Source: Rhina ancylostomus (lineage: Eukaryota). Taken from it: 64,000 bases of DNA. How positions within the stretch are numbered: position 1 is the first letter of the stretch; each line of letters opens with the position of its first letter. Below the pieces are notes generated by a model, which ran no database searches, was not told where the DNA came from, and was given only the letters and a program-made list of their open reading frames with translations. Position numbers and translations under genes: made by a program. The stretch is taken from positions 23,046,169-23,110,168 of the forward strand of contig JARFYF010000054.1 of assembly GCA_030265395.1 (NCBI GenBank), read 5' to 3'. Below are positions 41,271 to 55,619 of this stretch, one piece after another.

Positions 41271-42644
41271 TTAAAAAAGGTTCTTTCTTGAAAAAGAATG
41301 TGAGAGTTTCTTGAATAATTTAATCTGATGGTGGCAGTACTGCTGAAGTGTCTGCTGGTGACACTGCTGAACTTATCGTGCTCAATGCCTGCATCACCAC
41401 CTCATAGCTGTGATCCGGGGGAGTTTTTGAAACATCATAAAAATAAATATAATGAAGCTTCTAAATCCTGTAAATAACTTGTTGGCAAAGACACGAGGTC
41501 TCAAACTGGCACTGACTCATCCAATAATGGGGGAACGGGACAGTGTTTGTGTGTGTTCTGACACTTTCCTCTTGCACTGTGAGTACAGGCAGTGAAGAGA
41601 TGTCCAGTGCCTGCACCTGAAGCAGATGTTAGTCCCTTCACTCAGTGCCTGTTGTCTGCTCCCTTCACCTCATTGGCTTTCCTGCAGGGAACCAGCATTT
41701 TGAGGAATACCTGTCTTTTCATGGCATAACTAGTGGTATTTAAAGGCTGTTCGGCCCTTGTACTTCATACAATTTCCCCCCCCACCATTCCCATTAAGAG
41801 ATTCTCCCTTTTCAGCGCAGAGGTACTTCTAGAGCCTGAGCTGGAGTATTTGACAAATCTGAGTGTGACACTTCTTTGCATTTACCCTCTTCGTAATGTT
41901 TCGGTGATGTTCTGGGAAGGAACCAAAATACTAATGGGTTATTTGTCACAATGATGCACATCAAGTTATGCTTCTCTAAGTGTACTGGGTTACGTTGAAG
42001 GTTGGACTTTTAATGTGCAACTTTGATGGAATTATTAAGTTTCCTTCCTCATCACTGATTATCATGTGTTCCTGGCTCATCATTTAGAGATTTCAGAATA
42101 CCCAGTTTATTCTACCAAGTGTCCTTCTGCATTGGTGGACTGAGTCCTAATCTTTGTCAGTAGATTCAGGGTTGAGGGTAATTGAATAAGGTTGCTGGAC
42201 CATGTGACCTGTTGGAAATATAATTGTTTCAGAAGACTGTCAATCTGCAATCCAATGTTGGAGGAGAATTTAGTCTTTGATTGCCAGCAGCACATGGAAG
42301 AGCATTAGTTGCTGGTTGTATTACCTCCACATATTCAGTTCATTGAAGTGGTTGGGTCTGAGGAGTGAATACAGATGGCTTCCAATACTCTTGTTTGAGT
42401 TTAACATTGACAGCCAACGTTGAAGCAGCTGGACTAAAATCCAAAGCAGAAGCATAATGTTAGCAAAGCGTTATAGTTCCATTATGTTTGGTAATACGAT
42501 AAACAATACTGGCATTATTCACTCCAGTGAATAATTGGAACAACAGCACAATGCAGGAGATATTGTGACTCTGTACAAAGAAGATCCCATTTTTCCCCTC
42601 TATGAGGGAATTCTTCACCTTCACCAAGAATGGATCATGAAAAT

Positions 42645-42835
42645 CAAAAAAACTGCAGATGCTGAAAATCTAAAATCAAAACAGAAAATGCTGCACTCAG
42701 CACGTCAGACTGAATCTGTAGGAAGAGAAACAGAGTTAATGTTAAAGGGTCTTTAACCTGAAACATTAACTCTGTTTCTCTTCCCACAGATGCTCTCTGA
42801 TCTGCTGAATGTTTCCAGCATTTTCTGTCTTTATT
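42645..42835. repeat. Palindromic element built from PLE-type terminal repeats
   Basis: Perfect 23-bp inverted repeat 42721-42743/42762-42784, imperfectly extending to 42681-42828. Confidence 0.9.
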
Positions 42836-43799
42836 ACCAAGAATGTATTATCTGATCCTTATGTATCTCATCTGTTGTGTGAGGGACCTTGCTATATGCA
42901 ATGCCACTTTATTACCCTGCATAAACCAGGTTATGATTTATAAAGTCATTTGAAGAGATGTCAAGGTACGTAGAGGGGTTGTGTGGTGGGTGGGAGAGGA
43001 GTTTGGTTATAAATATCGTGGCATGGGGAAGGGTGCACTTACATTGGTATACGTTGGGTAATGATAGGGTGACCAGGCCTGTCACTTAGTCACCCCATCG
43101 AGGCGGTCACTCTTGTAAGTTTAATTTATTTGATTCAAGAAATCAAGGGAGTCCAAAATCAGAGCTGAGTCGCACGTTAGATTCTTATCTGGGGGAGCCA
43201 AGTCATATATATGATCAGTCCAGCTAAGCACAGTACATGACTTCACAATGAGACACCACCGCATACGTGATCTTGTATGTATCCAGATGGAGGGAGAGGA
43301 TGGAATTGAGCAGTTCACAGCTCCAGAGCAGTTTGTCTTCATGAAACCTCAGCCTTATACAACTTTTGTTTTTGTTCCAGTGGCTGCTCACACTGCTTCT
43401 AATAGTTATTGGTGCCCTGGTCCTAGACCCCATTCAAGAGGTGGCAGTGAGAATCATCTGCTGAATTTTCATTGAAGACATTTGAGAGTTTTCTACTGCA
43501 CCAGGGAGAATCTGGTTTACTTGTCATCTGTTTCTATGGGGAGATGATAGGCCTGGACTTCCTGCTGCCCTGTGTGGTCAGGTTCACGGGCACATCAGGT
43601 GGGGATATGGGAGTTTAGTTTTCAGTGCATCTCCTTCAGGACTCACCAGGATAACAACTTACTGTGCTGATAGTTGGGGTGGAAGGAGTGAGGTGTGATG
43701 GAGGGAGAAAATTCGGAGCTGAAGTTGTACTTGGCCATTGTGTAGTAGCGTTCAGTTCAGACTTGTGCACAGGGTCTCCGATACAGTAAATGGTATCTG

Positions 43800-44035
43800 A
43801 GGTAAGTTTTATTTTACACAGAGTGGTTGTTACGTGGAACTTACTACCGCAGGTGGTGGTTGAATCAGATGCAATTACTGTTTAAGAACCATTTAGACAA
43901 ACACCTACCTAGGCACGGCATGGAAGGATACGGTCCTAATGAGGAGAAATGGAATTAGTGTAGATAGACAAAAAGGTCAGCATGGATGTGATGGGCTGAA
44001 GGGCCTGTTTCTGTGCTGTACATCTCCATGACTTG
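43800..44035 (+). mobile_element. CR1 LINE 3' end
   Basis: FTQ.VV.TWNLLP.VVVE remnants; tail gggctgaagggcctgtttctgtgctgtacatctccatgact. Confidence 0.75.
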
Positions 44036-45357
44036 AAAAGAACTGAAGTATACCAATAACAAAGGCTTTAATTTCTCATGAGAATGCCATCACCTTAAAT
44101 ACGTAATGCATATGTTCCTAATGCTCTTCTAAAAGTAATGAAGGGATAATGCACAACATTAAATCTAGAACAGTTAATATGGGTTGTTGCTACTTTGTGA
44201 AAGCCCCATGTACCTTTAGTGCTTCAAGGCAGTGACTGCAAACACAGGCAGGCATTGACACCAGGGGAGTGAGTGTGTTGGCATGGCACATCAATTGCCC
44301 ACTGTGCAGAGTAAGGAGTTCATGGTGTCACAAGCACACATCTCTGGCTTGTCGTTAGCACTGCTGCTTTGACCTCATTGGTTCATCTGACACCATCTCT
44401 TTACCTCACCCAACTGATCGCATGTTCGGTAGCATGAAGCCTTTCCCACATTTTCTCATCAATGCTATTTGAAGACCATCCATAACAAAGGCAAGATACT
44501 GGTTGATTTCTCCTGGCTAAAGTCTTGCAAGTATCTGGTGATTCTGTCATTGATTCAAGGTGCCAGGATCTGCAGGGTAACAGGGGTTGAAGAACATTTT
44601 GGTGGCCTAGACTAATGTACAGACCAATTGCGATCAGACATGGTGTGTTATATTAGGGTCTTACTCAGAACAGAGTATGACTGGGAGATGGAGCAGAGAC
44701 AGTGTGGGTGGAGGAGAAGGATTCCCACCAGGAGCCCATATTCATCAATGAGGAGCATGATGCGACAGGTTTGCACTTTGATAAGTATCTCTTCACTGCA
44801 ATCTGTCACTTACTGCACCTCCAGTTGGGGAAGACTTTGTTTTGCAACAGATGCCAAGGTGACTGTGGCAATAAATGTTTATGTGCTGGGCTCCTTCTGA
44901 TAAGAGCTTGAAGATATTCTCAATATCTCACATTTGTCTGTCAGTGAGGCGGTGTGCTTGTAAAGGGTCAAGAGAATTCATTTCCCTCTTGCTTATGACC
45001 AGCAGCCACAGAGCACAGTTAGTGAAGGTGGTTTTAAAGGAAGTTTGTTCAATACTAGCAATGAACCCTTGGCTAATGCAGGGTGCCATTGACTGCACCT
45101 ACTTTGCTTTATGGTATGCATGTCAACCTTGCCCTGTACCGCAACCAAAAGGGGTTCATTTGGTTTGACCAAATACAACAAATCATGCAGGGCTTTACTC
45201 TGTGACACCTTACTGTGCCAGCTGCATTTGATCCACCACAGCAAACCAGAATGTGGCAACTTTTTATTTCTTATTCCTTATTCACTTACGACACAGAAAG
45301 TGGCCATTTCGGCACATCAAGTCTATGCCTGCTGACAGAGCAATCCCATGTANNNNN

Positions 45358-45565
45358 TAAGAGAAGTGCTGTTCTGTAAATTTGTGTTGAGCTCCATTGG
45401 AACAGTAACAGGCCAAGGTCCAAGTGGGAACAGGAGAGGGAATGAAAGTGATAGGTGATCGGAAGCTCGTGGTTAGGTTTGTGGATCGAGCAGAAATGTT
45501 GTCCAAAATCCTCCCACAATCTGTTTTTTGTCTTCTCAGTGTAAGTGAGCTGATACAATTTGGCT
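45358..45565 (-). mobile_element. Penelope-like GIY-YIG remnant
   Basis: ORF 45286..45642 YTEKTKNRLWEDFGQHFCSIHKPNHELPITYHFHSLSCSHLDL resembles YIGETKRRLGDRFAEHL.SI...LPVA.HFNS. Confidence 0.6.
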
Positions 45566-45569
45566 CCCA

Positions 45570-45725
45570 TATAGAACATAGAACAGTACAGCACAGGATC
45601 AGGCCCTGCGGCCCATGATGTCTGTGCCAACTGTGTTGCCAATCCAAGCTAATCCCATCTGCCTGCCCATGGTCTGTATTCCCTATATTCCTTGCCTGTT
45701 CATGTGCCTGTCCAAATGCCACTTA
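45570..45725 (-). mobile_element. CR1 LINE 3' tail
   Basis: atagaacatagaacagtacagcacagg...ggcccatgatgtctgtgcc; 7-nt terminal microrepeat. Confidence 0.75.
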
Positions 45726-47774
45726 CATGCTATATTTACACTATTGTGAACAGGAAGCATGGGTTTTCTTGAGATTACATTCTTTCACATAGGTTTAGGC
45801 TTTGGCTATCTTTTGGAAGTTTCCTTGCATTTATGGTTTTGGCATAAGAGGACGAGGGAAAGTGAAATGTCTGCTTGGTGGGATTGTACAAATGCTGAGT
45901 TGTATCAGTCTGTGGAGGCACTTTTATCCTTTGAGAGATGAGGACTCTATAGAATGCATTCTATTAGAGGGGCTGTGATGAAGTTGGCACGTAAGCACCT
46001 GTCAAAATCCACCATGAGTATGGCACTGTCCACAGCTGGTGAGGACTTTGGTGGCCTCAGTTCTTGCACCTTAAATGCCTCTCAAGTTGCCACTTGGGAT
46101 CACTCACCAGTCACATTGGCCAAAGGTGCGCAATGCATACGAAGCAGCTAACCAATGTTTTGTGCAGGAGTATATCACCTCAGCATATTCCCCTTGAGCA
46201 ACCAGCAACAGCAGTGTGCAGCTCAGGGAAGGGGACAGAACAAGCCTCTTTTCTCTTTAAGAGGTAAAACTGAGAGAAAATATGGAAGTCAGGTTTAATA
46301 TTATGAAGAAGATTAACAGGGAAGAAGTAGAGATGGTTTCGTGGAGCTCAAAAGATGGAACATAAAATGTGCAATGATCTAATAAGAGGAATTCTGCAGG
46401 GAATTTCCTTACCCAGCTGATCAGAATGTGGAAGGTACAACATGGAGTAGTTGAGTCAGTGAAGGCGGTTTTAAAGGGAATTTGTTCAATACAAGCAATA
46501 AACCCTTGGCTAACATTACCAAGAGCAGCAGATAAATTGTTGTGTGTCACACCACTGATAATCAAAAAAAACAATGCCAAAAACACAGAGAGCTGGTGTG
46601 TGCCTCTGGGAATGTTTGTTACTATCGTACCAGGGGGAGTTGGAATGAAACTGATTTCTGGAATTATAAAACTATGTTGGAACATTCTTAACTCCTTAAA
46701 ATTCACAAGCTTTTTTTTTACAAGGAGGGGACAGAGGGCTTGAAAGTGGTATACACAGTCAGTAATTTTCATAAAGTGATGCATTAGTATCACTCTAGTG
46801 TTGGTACTGCACTAAATTTACTTTGGTGAACAAAATGATCTGATGCTGCTCTTGCTTCAAAACTTCCTAGGAAATTCCAGGTCACAATATCTTGATCGGT
46901 CCATCCTATGCACAACTTTTAGAAATCTTGCAAATCATTGCTATCCACCATGTCCAAGAGCCTACCTCTCTCCACCCTTTCCACAGTAGCAGAGACTGAA
47001 TACCTGTGTGTAGCTGTGCAGAAATTCTCTGCCAGTTCAGTTCAGGGTAGATCAATGGCATTTTATTTCCACATGTTGGCTTTATAACAATTGTATAAAA
47101 TCATACCAGGGGTTAAAGCAGCTTCTGAAGGCAAATAACATTAATGTATTTGCTTTCTTCATAAATCTATCACATGAATCCTTTAACACCCTTTGTTTTA
47201 ATCATTCATGCTGCCTTGTTCAGTGCCTTTGTTAAAGCGATATGTATGACATCATTAGGAAGTTAATGAGACTGACCCAAGAGGGAAAGGGTTTCCCTCT
47301 GATTGGTGGGAATTAGAATTGGGCTGGTAATTTTTATAGCATGTGCACTGAGAAAATCTTTCCACAATGTAAGGAAAGAAACCTTTTTAAATACGGGTAC
47401 GCTTTGGATACCAGACATTCATTCCATACTGGGATTAGTGCCTACTATTTAAAGTGCTTTTTTTTGAAGGAGAGAGAAAATTGAAAATAAATTGGCCCAA
47501 GGTTCAGGAGGCATTTCATTTCTTGACAATAGGTCAGTGTGAATCTTCTCTTTCGGAATATCTCAAACAAAATTTGGTCTCTATCTTAACCTGATGTCAT
47601 TAACAATAATTTCCTCTGACCATAAGTGGCCATTCTAATTTCCTGTATTATGACTTTGGTTAAGTCTGGGGATGACTTTACATTGCATTTAGAACCACTT
47701 TAAGATTTTTTTTTAATTTAAATGATTTTGATCAAATGTGTAACTTGTGGACACATATTGGTTTGTTTTTTTAG

Positions 47775-47858
47775 AGCCATTTAATAGACCAAGTGGTTTG
47801 ACTGGTCTGAGATCCTTAAGTAACAGCGCCTTTGGTGGACTGGGGAACCCTTCAATCA
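47775..47858 (+). CDS. AUTS2: AUTS2 exon 17, 84 nt
   Basis: gtttgtttttttag|(E)[27 protein letters not shown]|gtgagt. Confidence 0.94.
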
Positions 47859-50800
47859 GTGAGTATTTCTGTCCTTTCGGTTCTTTGTATGACTCTCTCA
47901 TGTTTTACTTTGAGAAGTGATACTTTGGCTGATACTTGGGCAGTACTGACCCAGTACTGTGAACTATAACGTAGCCAGGACTATTTAAATGTGCAATAGC
48001 CAAATTCATGCCAATGAACTAAAACTGAGATAAATATATGCTTGCGACCAGATCATCACACTTGTTTACTCCTGTGCGCATTACACTGGTGTGAAGCACA
48101 TCTGGGTGCATTTCACCTGTGTCTATTATAAACTAACTGTGTCACATTGATGTGTGTTTTATTATTCAGCATTATACTTGTACATCACCTTTGTGTGCAT
48201 TATTTCCTGTGTGCTGTATCAGTGTGTATTATTTCAACCTGTGTAAAACATCTTACGCAAAAATGGCATTTATTGTTTTGGTATGGGTTGCATCTGTGTG
48301 GATTTCACCTCTTTCTGTCAAACCTTTGTGTTATTTGTGGAATACACCACATACACAGAGCACCTCTTTTTCACATCTGTACAAATTACACTTGCAAATA
48401 TGTAACGTACATTTGTTTATAAATGTCAAGCATGTCTGCATCATAATGGTGTATTACCTTTTATTGTATTTGGTATCACATCTGTATCTATTAACATATC
48501 TCTTCAATGTGTTTCACAGTATCATACCTTACAAATATTAGAAATGTTTTAAATCAATCCATATCATAGTTTTACACTTGACTGTGCCATATCTGTGTGT
48601 ATAACGTTACAACCTTCATAGCTTTAATGATGCTTGCTGAGTTATCACGTTTTCATGTCATTTCTAACTTGCCCAAGTTGCCATTTGCTGGGTGTGCGCG
48701 TAGGCACTGAATGGCAGTAGCCATTAGACTTCATAGCCTGTGGTTCAGTTTCACAATAGGTCGTATATTTTCCAAATAAACCATTGGAGGAACTCTAAAT
48801 ATGAGTTGGAAGCAATGGATTTTCTGACTTCTCCAAAAATAACACAAATGCCCCTGAAGGTTCTGAGGTAATCAATATCCTGTACTCTTTACCCCTGCAG
48901 TAAACAACACTGTATATGGCTGGTTCTCTAACTGGATCTCACTACTTGGATTTGATTTCAATGATTCTTTTGGTTTTCTGTTTAGCATTTGTTTCAGCTA
49001 TAAACTTTTGATGCCCTTGCATAAGTATTATTTTTTGACCTTGCCCTTACAGATTGTCATTCTGGTAAATTCGGAACAAACCTGTGACTGAGGTGTCTAT
49101 ATCCATATGCCCACCAATCTTTGGAAGGTTCAGTTTGACTATCATAGTAAACAGGAACCTTTGAAGGATTGCACTGACAAACAGTGCAGTTCTTTCAGTG
49201 GCAGGGTTTTATTCATCTCAATGAAAGTTCATGCATGCATGTGCTGATCCAAGACAACCCACGTTCCAGTGCTCCCAACACTCAAGACATGTGATTTGCA
49301 AAAGATATTTTTTATCCCCATTACTCATGTAGAACATCCAGGCATACAGTTCAAGCCACTCACTGGGTGATGAATACATCAAAAACCTTCAGCAAGACAT
49401 AGAGTTATGAATGGTTGTGTTGATAAATGCTGGTGTTGTGGAATCAGTAACTTGGGGTTGGTAAGTGCATCTCAAAAATGACCGAATGAAGTCACTGATA
49501 CCTGGACTCCAGCTTGTTCTTTGCATTGTGGATTTCTGGTGTAAAATGATAGACTAACATTTAACCGTCTCCAAATACAGAGAACTGGTCCATTTTAGTG
49601 GTGGTATATGATAGTGGCAAGGTGTGATTATTGTACTGCCAAGCTGAGGAAATGAGAAGTCCAGTTTACAGGGATAGCTGGAAAGGACAGAGGAACAACA
49701 GAAGGGATAAAGAGAAAAGATTGAACAGAGGAAGATACAGAGAAGCAGTAATAAAGATAAATGACAAGCCTAGGAAAAAGGCCAAGAAGAGTGGTAAAAG
49801 AACATGAGGAATGGTAAAGGAAATATTGAAGTGTAAGGAAGAGTGAAAAGGTATTGACGAACAAAAGGAGATGGCAAGTNNNNNNNNAAGACAAAGATAT
49901 TTCATCTCTCAAGGTGTACGTTTTGTTTGTAAGAGTGAATGGGATCTCCCTGACTAACTCACTCAGTTGATGACATTGATTACCTTCTGTCCTCCACTCG
50001 CGTTCACTGCTGCTGGGAAATCATTGCAGCAGTCCCATGCAGCACTGGATGGTGCTGTTGGTCTCTAATTCATTCTTTACATCTGAAAGATCACCAAGGT
50101 TTCATAGCTTATCCACCACTGAGGTCAGTTTTCTTAAAAAAAAGGAAAAGGGAAAATACTGCAGCTTTACTAAATTAAGTCTGGAGCAACATCTCTTTCT
50201 AAACTATGGTCTACAGGCACTGAGTTGCACCTCATCCTCTTCCTGACCTTTGCATTGGCCCCACTTCCTTCTGTGTCCTGCCACTTGAAGCTCAGCCTTC
50301 AGTGTTCTGTGTGTGTTTATATTACTTTTCCTATTTTCCTCTCAAAACTTGGTGTCACAGCCCAGAAACGGGCTGCCTGATCCATCAGCAAAAAACAAGC
50401 TGCTGAATGGACTCGGCAGGTCGAGCAGCATCTGTGGGTTTTTGCTCCAGATTTCAGCACCTGCAGTCTCTTGCGTCTCCATCTGCCTGATCTATCTGGC
50501 CCGTGTTGGTGTTTTTCTCCACCCCAGTCTCATTCTGCCTGCCTTTCCATTGCCCAAGACTTGTCTAGTTCCCTTTTCAAGCAACCAGAGTTTTGATGAA
50601 AGACTCTGCCATATTCAAACTCTTTTCAGATTTTTTTTCTAACCATATTGTTTTTGAGATTATCTCAAATTTGTATCGTGGGTTTACTGCCTTGTCCAAG
50701 GTGTGGAAACAATCTCTAAAATCCCTTGGCCTTTCCGGGCTCTTCAGGATTTTGATAAACTTATCAAGTGCAATCCCAGTTAAGTTTACTCCAGCTTCAT

Positions 50801-53137
50801 ACAAGTGCATTGCCCAGCCCTGTGACAGGAGTGCAATGTTGGGTAAAATTCAAGGAGCTGACTAGGAGAATACAATAGGACATTGAACATTTGGTAATGA
50901 GGTGTCACTGGTGTCTACTTCTGATTTTTTTTCAGACACTCAGAACAGAAAATGAAAATTAGGAGCTGAACTTACTAATCAATTACTTTGAAACTCATTC
51001 TTGTTTAGGCAACTTTGTTGAAGTATTAAGTGACTGCTAGGGTGGCTGGTTCCTTTTTCCTGTAGTCTGTTACAATGTTGTGAATAATATTGGCAACTAT
51101 TATCCATTCCCCGTTTTGCTATGAAAGTAGTTGTGAGTCTTCCTATAAAGGTATTAGAAAAGTAATTCCAGGATATACACTTCATGACTAACATTGACTC
51201 ACAATGCAAGTCCACTTCGGATTGGTTTATGTTTTAGTGATGTTGAATCTCCTGCTCTTTTTGGTGGTAGAAGTCTCATGGAGGAAGATGCCATCACGGC
51301 CACTGTGTTGCTGCATCTTTTAGATCACACATCCAGGACCCACAGTGCAATTTTCATGGAGAGGGTAGATACAGTGGCAGGAGGACTGATGCAGCAAATT
51401 GTTCCATCCTAGATGGAGCTGAGCCTTTTGAATGATGTTGTTCCCAAACCCAGTACTCCATCACATTTTTGACTTGAACATTCTGGAAGGTGGTTAGGAG
51501 GCGGGCTGAATGAGAGTGGTGATATACCTGAACGCTTCTGTAGTTCGGTGCTTTAGCACTGAATGACAACTTTATGAAGTTGAATTTGAAATGTGAAATT
51601 AAATTCAATGTATTTGGCAATTGGCTAGCAAAAGGAAAATAGTCTTGAAACCTTTTGGATTGCTGTGAAGATCCAATTACTTCATTAACTTTCTTCAGGC
51701 AAGGCAACCATCCAGTGCTTTTCATTATGGTCTATGTGTAACCTTATATGAATTGGTTGATCCATAACCCCATGAAATTGGCCTAACTCGGCATGAAATT
51801 GTAAACAGTTATTGCAAAGTTCAGTATTAAGAAGTTTCCTCTATGTTCGTAAATTGTCACTGCTAATGTCAGCATGTGACAGCTCAGTGGTATATGTTTC
51901 TGCATGGTACACTTACAGAAAATTATCAAATCCAACAATTGAGATGTTTTTCCCAATTGAAATAGTCTATAAAGCAAAATGTTTCTGGAATGGGAAATTT
52001 GAAACATAATCTGTGGAAAGTTATACCTTATGGATTTATGATTTTATTCCATTTTGATTCAGTTTGCCACTCATGGACAGAATGCATACTTAGTCCTACG
52101 TTTTGAGATACTGAATCATTTTATAATGTGCTAAGCATCATGCTGCAATGAACTTGAGTCTGGTGATTCCGAGCTTCAAAGTCCCCAGTTGGAGCACATG
52201 GAATCGTCATTCTGTCATTGGTCATGTGTTACCCATTAAGAGGAGTAAGATTACAAAAATGGGTGCCAATCACAGTTGATCCAATAGATGGGGCCAGACC
52301 TAAAACATGTATCACTGGCTTTGTTCAGATACTCAGCTTCATTGGCAACACAGACTGTGGTCACGATTATTCAGATTTTGGTTGATGTTTGATGAATCAA
52401 AATTAATCCAGTTTATTTTTGTTGGCTTAGCAGATGTTTTTTTCCCTGTTTTTCAAACCCAAATGATATTAACCTTCATGTTCTTAATTGTTTTTTTTAA
52501 ATGCAGCCACTTACTTAACATACCTTAATGGTTTAAGGGCAAAGTGCACTGTTCAATTGAACAGATTGGGAACACTTGACGAGTTAGCAAAGTTAGTTGA
52601 TCTCAAATTAAGTAGAGTTTGATGCCAGCAAAGGAAATGGGAAAATAGCCAGTGGTCCCTATGTTCTTACTCACCAGGGATGCTGGCTATAATGTGCAAG
52701 GACAGGTTCCGACTCCATTCCGCTGTGAATAGTTTTAGGTTCTCAAAGTGATGTAATGCGTTGGTTGAGGGATATGAGAATTGTGGAAACTGAGACCCAT
52801 CAGGACTCTATGTGTGCGGACCGATACGGGAAGCAGAAGAAACTTCTAATTTCTTTTTAATTCCCCCTTGGTTCCTTAATTTCATTCCGCCCTTTCAAAC
52901 TAATTGCGCCTTTTGTAATCTCCTGTTGTCATGTGGTACTTAACATTCATTTAATGAATTGAATGGCAATGAGAGTGCCAGGTTCTTGTAAGTCTGTAAT
53001 CTTTCCCTTCTTGTTTCCAGCTGCCAATAGTATGTATACATTTTAAGGTCAGCGTGCATTGCTTGGTAAGTACAGTCATGTCAGCTGCCAGACCTTTTAA
53101 ACATTTTTTTGTTCTTTTGTTTTCTCAACCATTTCAG

Positions 53138-53360
53138 CATCCAACACAATGTTCAGCCACAAAGATGGCCCCAGTATGCAGAGCTTTAGCAATCCTCATG
53201 AGCCTTGGAATCGACTCCACCGAACGCCACCTTCGTTTCCAACCCCACCCCCTTGGCTGAAGCCAGGGGAGGCAGAGCGCAGTTCCTCTGTAGCCGCTCA
53301 TGACAGAGATAGAGATGTAGAAAAACGAGACTCTACCGTTAGTAAAGATGAAAAAGAAAG
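53138..53360 (+). CDS. AUTS2: AUTS2 exon 18, 223 nt
   Basis: ccatttcag|(T)[44 protein letters not shown]...KDEKE AG|gtacga. Confidence 0.96.
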
Positions 53361-55619
53361 GTACGAAGGGTTAAGCAATAAACGTATCCAATCCGATTCT
53401 ATATTTTATTAAAGAGCCGTGAACTCGAAGGTGTGGGTTATTCATTGTCGCGTGATGTCACGGCAGACTTCCACCAAATCCAATTGGCTGATTCATGGGC
53501 AATATTGGACACCTATACCTCGGTTTGAAGAGTTAATTACAATCAGTAGAATGTTAAATTCGTAAGTGACATTAGTCAGAATTTAAATTCAGATAAATGT
53601 GGAGTTGTTAATCTGCATTCAATTTAGTTTTAACCTTTCCCCATTTATGAATACTCCAAAACCCAGTAGCTTTCCTTTCTGTTGTAAGAATCTTTAAGAC
53701 AATATAGACTACACCACCTATTCCCAGTGCTCTTTTAGTGCTACACTGGGAACAACATTCAGGAAAACAGCAGGAAATTACTGATTACATTCTCTCACCA
53801 CTCCTTTCACGTGCTTGCCCCTGCTAACATCTTAGCTGAGATCTGGGACTCACTGCTGGGGGAAGAAGAAATATGTTGCACCACAAGGTGCAATGCTCCA
53901 TTGTTGTGCTGTGTCCTTGTTCATATGCATAATTTTTCTTAATAACATACATATGAAGTGCCACAGAACACTCCTCTGTACTTGGGCCTCTTGTATTTGA
54001 AGTCAGACGTGCAGTTCATTTTAATGTTAGGGCGCCTTGCTGGATCAGGGTGAAGGGAGCTGCCTTTATGCACTCCAACCCATTTTAGGCCAAAGAGTCC
54101 CTCTTAATACTACTAATCTCAAGGTAAGCACACTTTATTCCGCATCTTGATAAACACAAGTCGAGAGTCCATACTATGAAATAATAAACAGTCATCTTAA
54201 CAAACTAAAGTTAGATTTAAAAGGAACATAACAATGTTCAAATAAAATATAAATTTATAAGTTCAAATAATGTAATAACCTAACAATTTAGAAAATAAGT
54301 TAACTGCTTCATTCACTTTCTAATTCAAAATTTCAGTTAAATTTAGGAGCACTCTCCAAAACCTTATCTCCTTATGGCCAATATAATATATAATTATAAT
54401 ATTAAAGATAGTCAAGGAACAACCACTTAGTTCCAGTGGCTAAGCACAATAATAATATTTGCATGACATTTTGATGTTCTTTGATGTTCTATTTTTTAAA
54501 AACTTGTAAATTACAACTAAAATGTCATGTCATTCCATTTTTTATTTTTATTTTGCATAGAAATAACTGTAAACCCAGATGTAACTGTGACACCACAAAT
54601 TTAGCCATATTCTGCATAGTGGTACATTATTACTCATTCACTAATGGGTTCTTCAAAAACAGAATACTCTCCGTGAAAAGGGAATTAAAATGATGCTACC
54701 ATCCTCTTAACTAGTAAAATTTCAGTTAGCATAGAGTACTCACAACTCTACAGATGTAAATCAGAGAGAAAGCCATTCTCTGACTTACAAAACAAGTATT
54801 TTTTATCTTGAACAACTTAATTAGAACCCATTACTGATCCGAGGTGTTCACATTCACTGAAAAACTACCATTTAATGCCCATAAAAGTTGTGTTATTTCT
54901 GTACTGTTGGACAATGTAATTCATTTTGAAATAACATGAATCCTGAAAGGCACACCTTCAAGTTCATTATGCATATAGAGTACACCGATGACAAGCATTG
55001 CTAGCTGACGTTATTGATTTAAAAAATCCTCAAGATTAAATTTCTAATCATTTGAAACAATATCTCATATTGCAGGTATTTTTGAATTACAATCTTTCAG
55101 NNNNNNNNNNNNNNNNNNNNNNNNNNNNNNNNNNNNNNNNNNNNNNNNNNNNNNNNNNNNNNNNNNNNNNNNNNNNNNNNNNNNNNNNNNNNNNNNNNNN
55201 NNNNNNNNNNNNNNNNNNNNNNNNNNNNNNNNNNNNNNNNNNNNNNNNNNNNNNNNNNNNNNNNNNNNNNNNNNNATTGTACTGTTAGTATTATTATATT
55301 GAAAATTTTTACTTAATCTGGCTGCATTAGCATTACATAATTAGTTTTGCTGGCAGTGGGTGGAACACTCTATAGATCAGGACTTTACTCAAGATTCCCA
55401 ATGGATTGGGTTGAATTCTCTCTCTTAAAGAAGGTCAATTTATTCAAAAAGCATCCTTCCATTTGTTATTCTTTATGGGCAATTATATTTGGTAACGTTC
55501 TCCTCATTAAATTCTATTTTGTAGTTAGTGCCATTATGTTAATCTGGACTGGCCTATGACATGTTGTTGACATGAAACTTCTTAAGAAGCCTTTGAATAT
55601 CTTCCCCCTTTCTAGTTTA

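Noticed and set aside
46257-46793. 178-aa minus-strand ORF
   Set aside because: No recognisable domain; overlaps a decayed + strand CR1 fragment; likely chance
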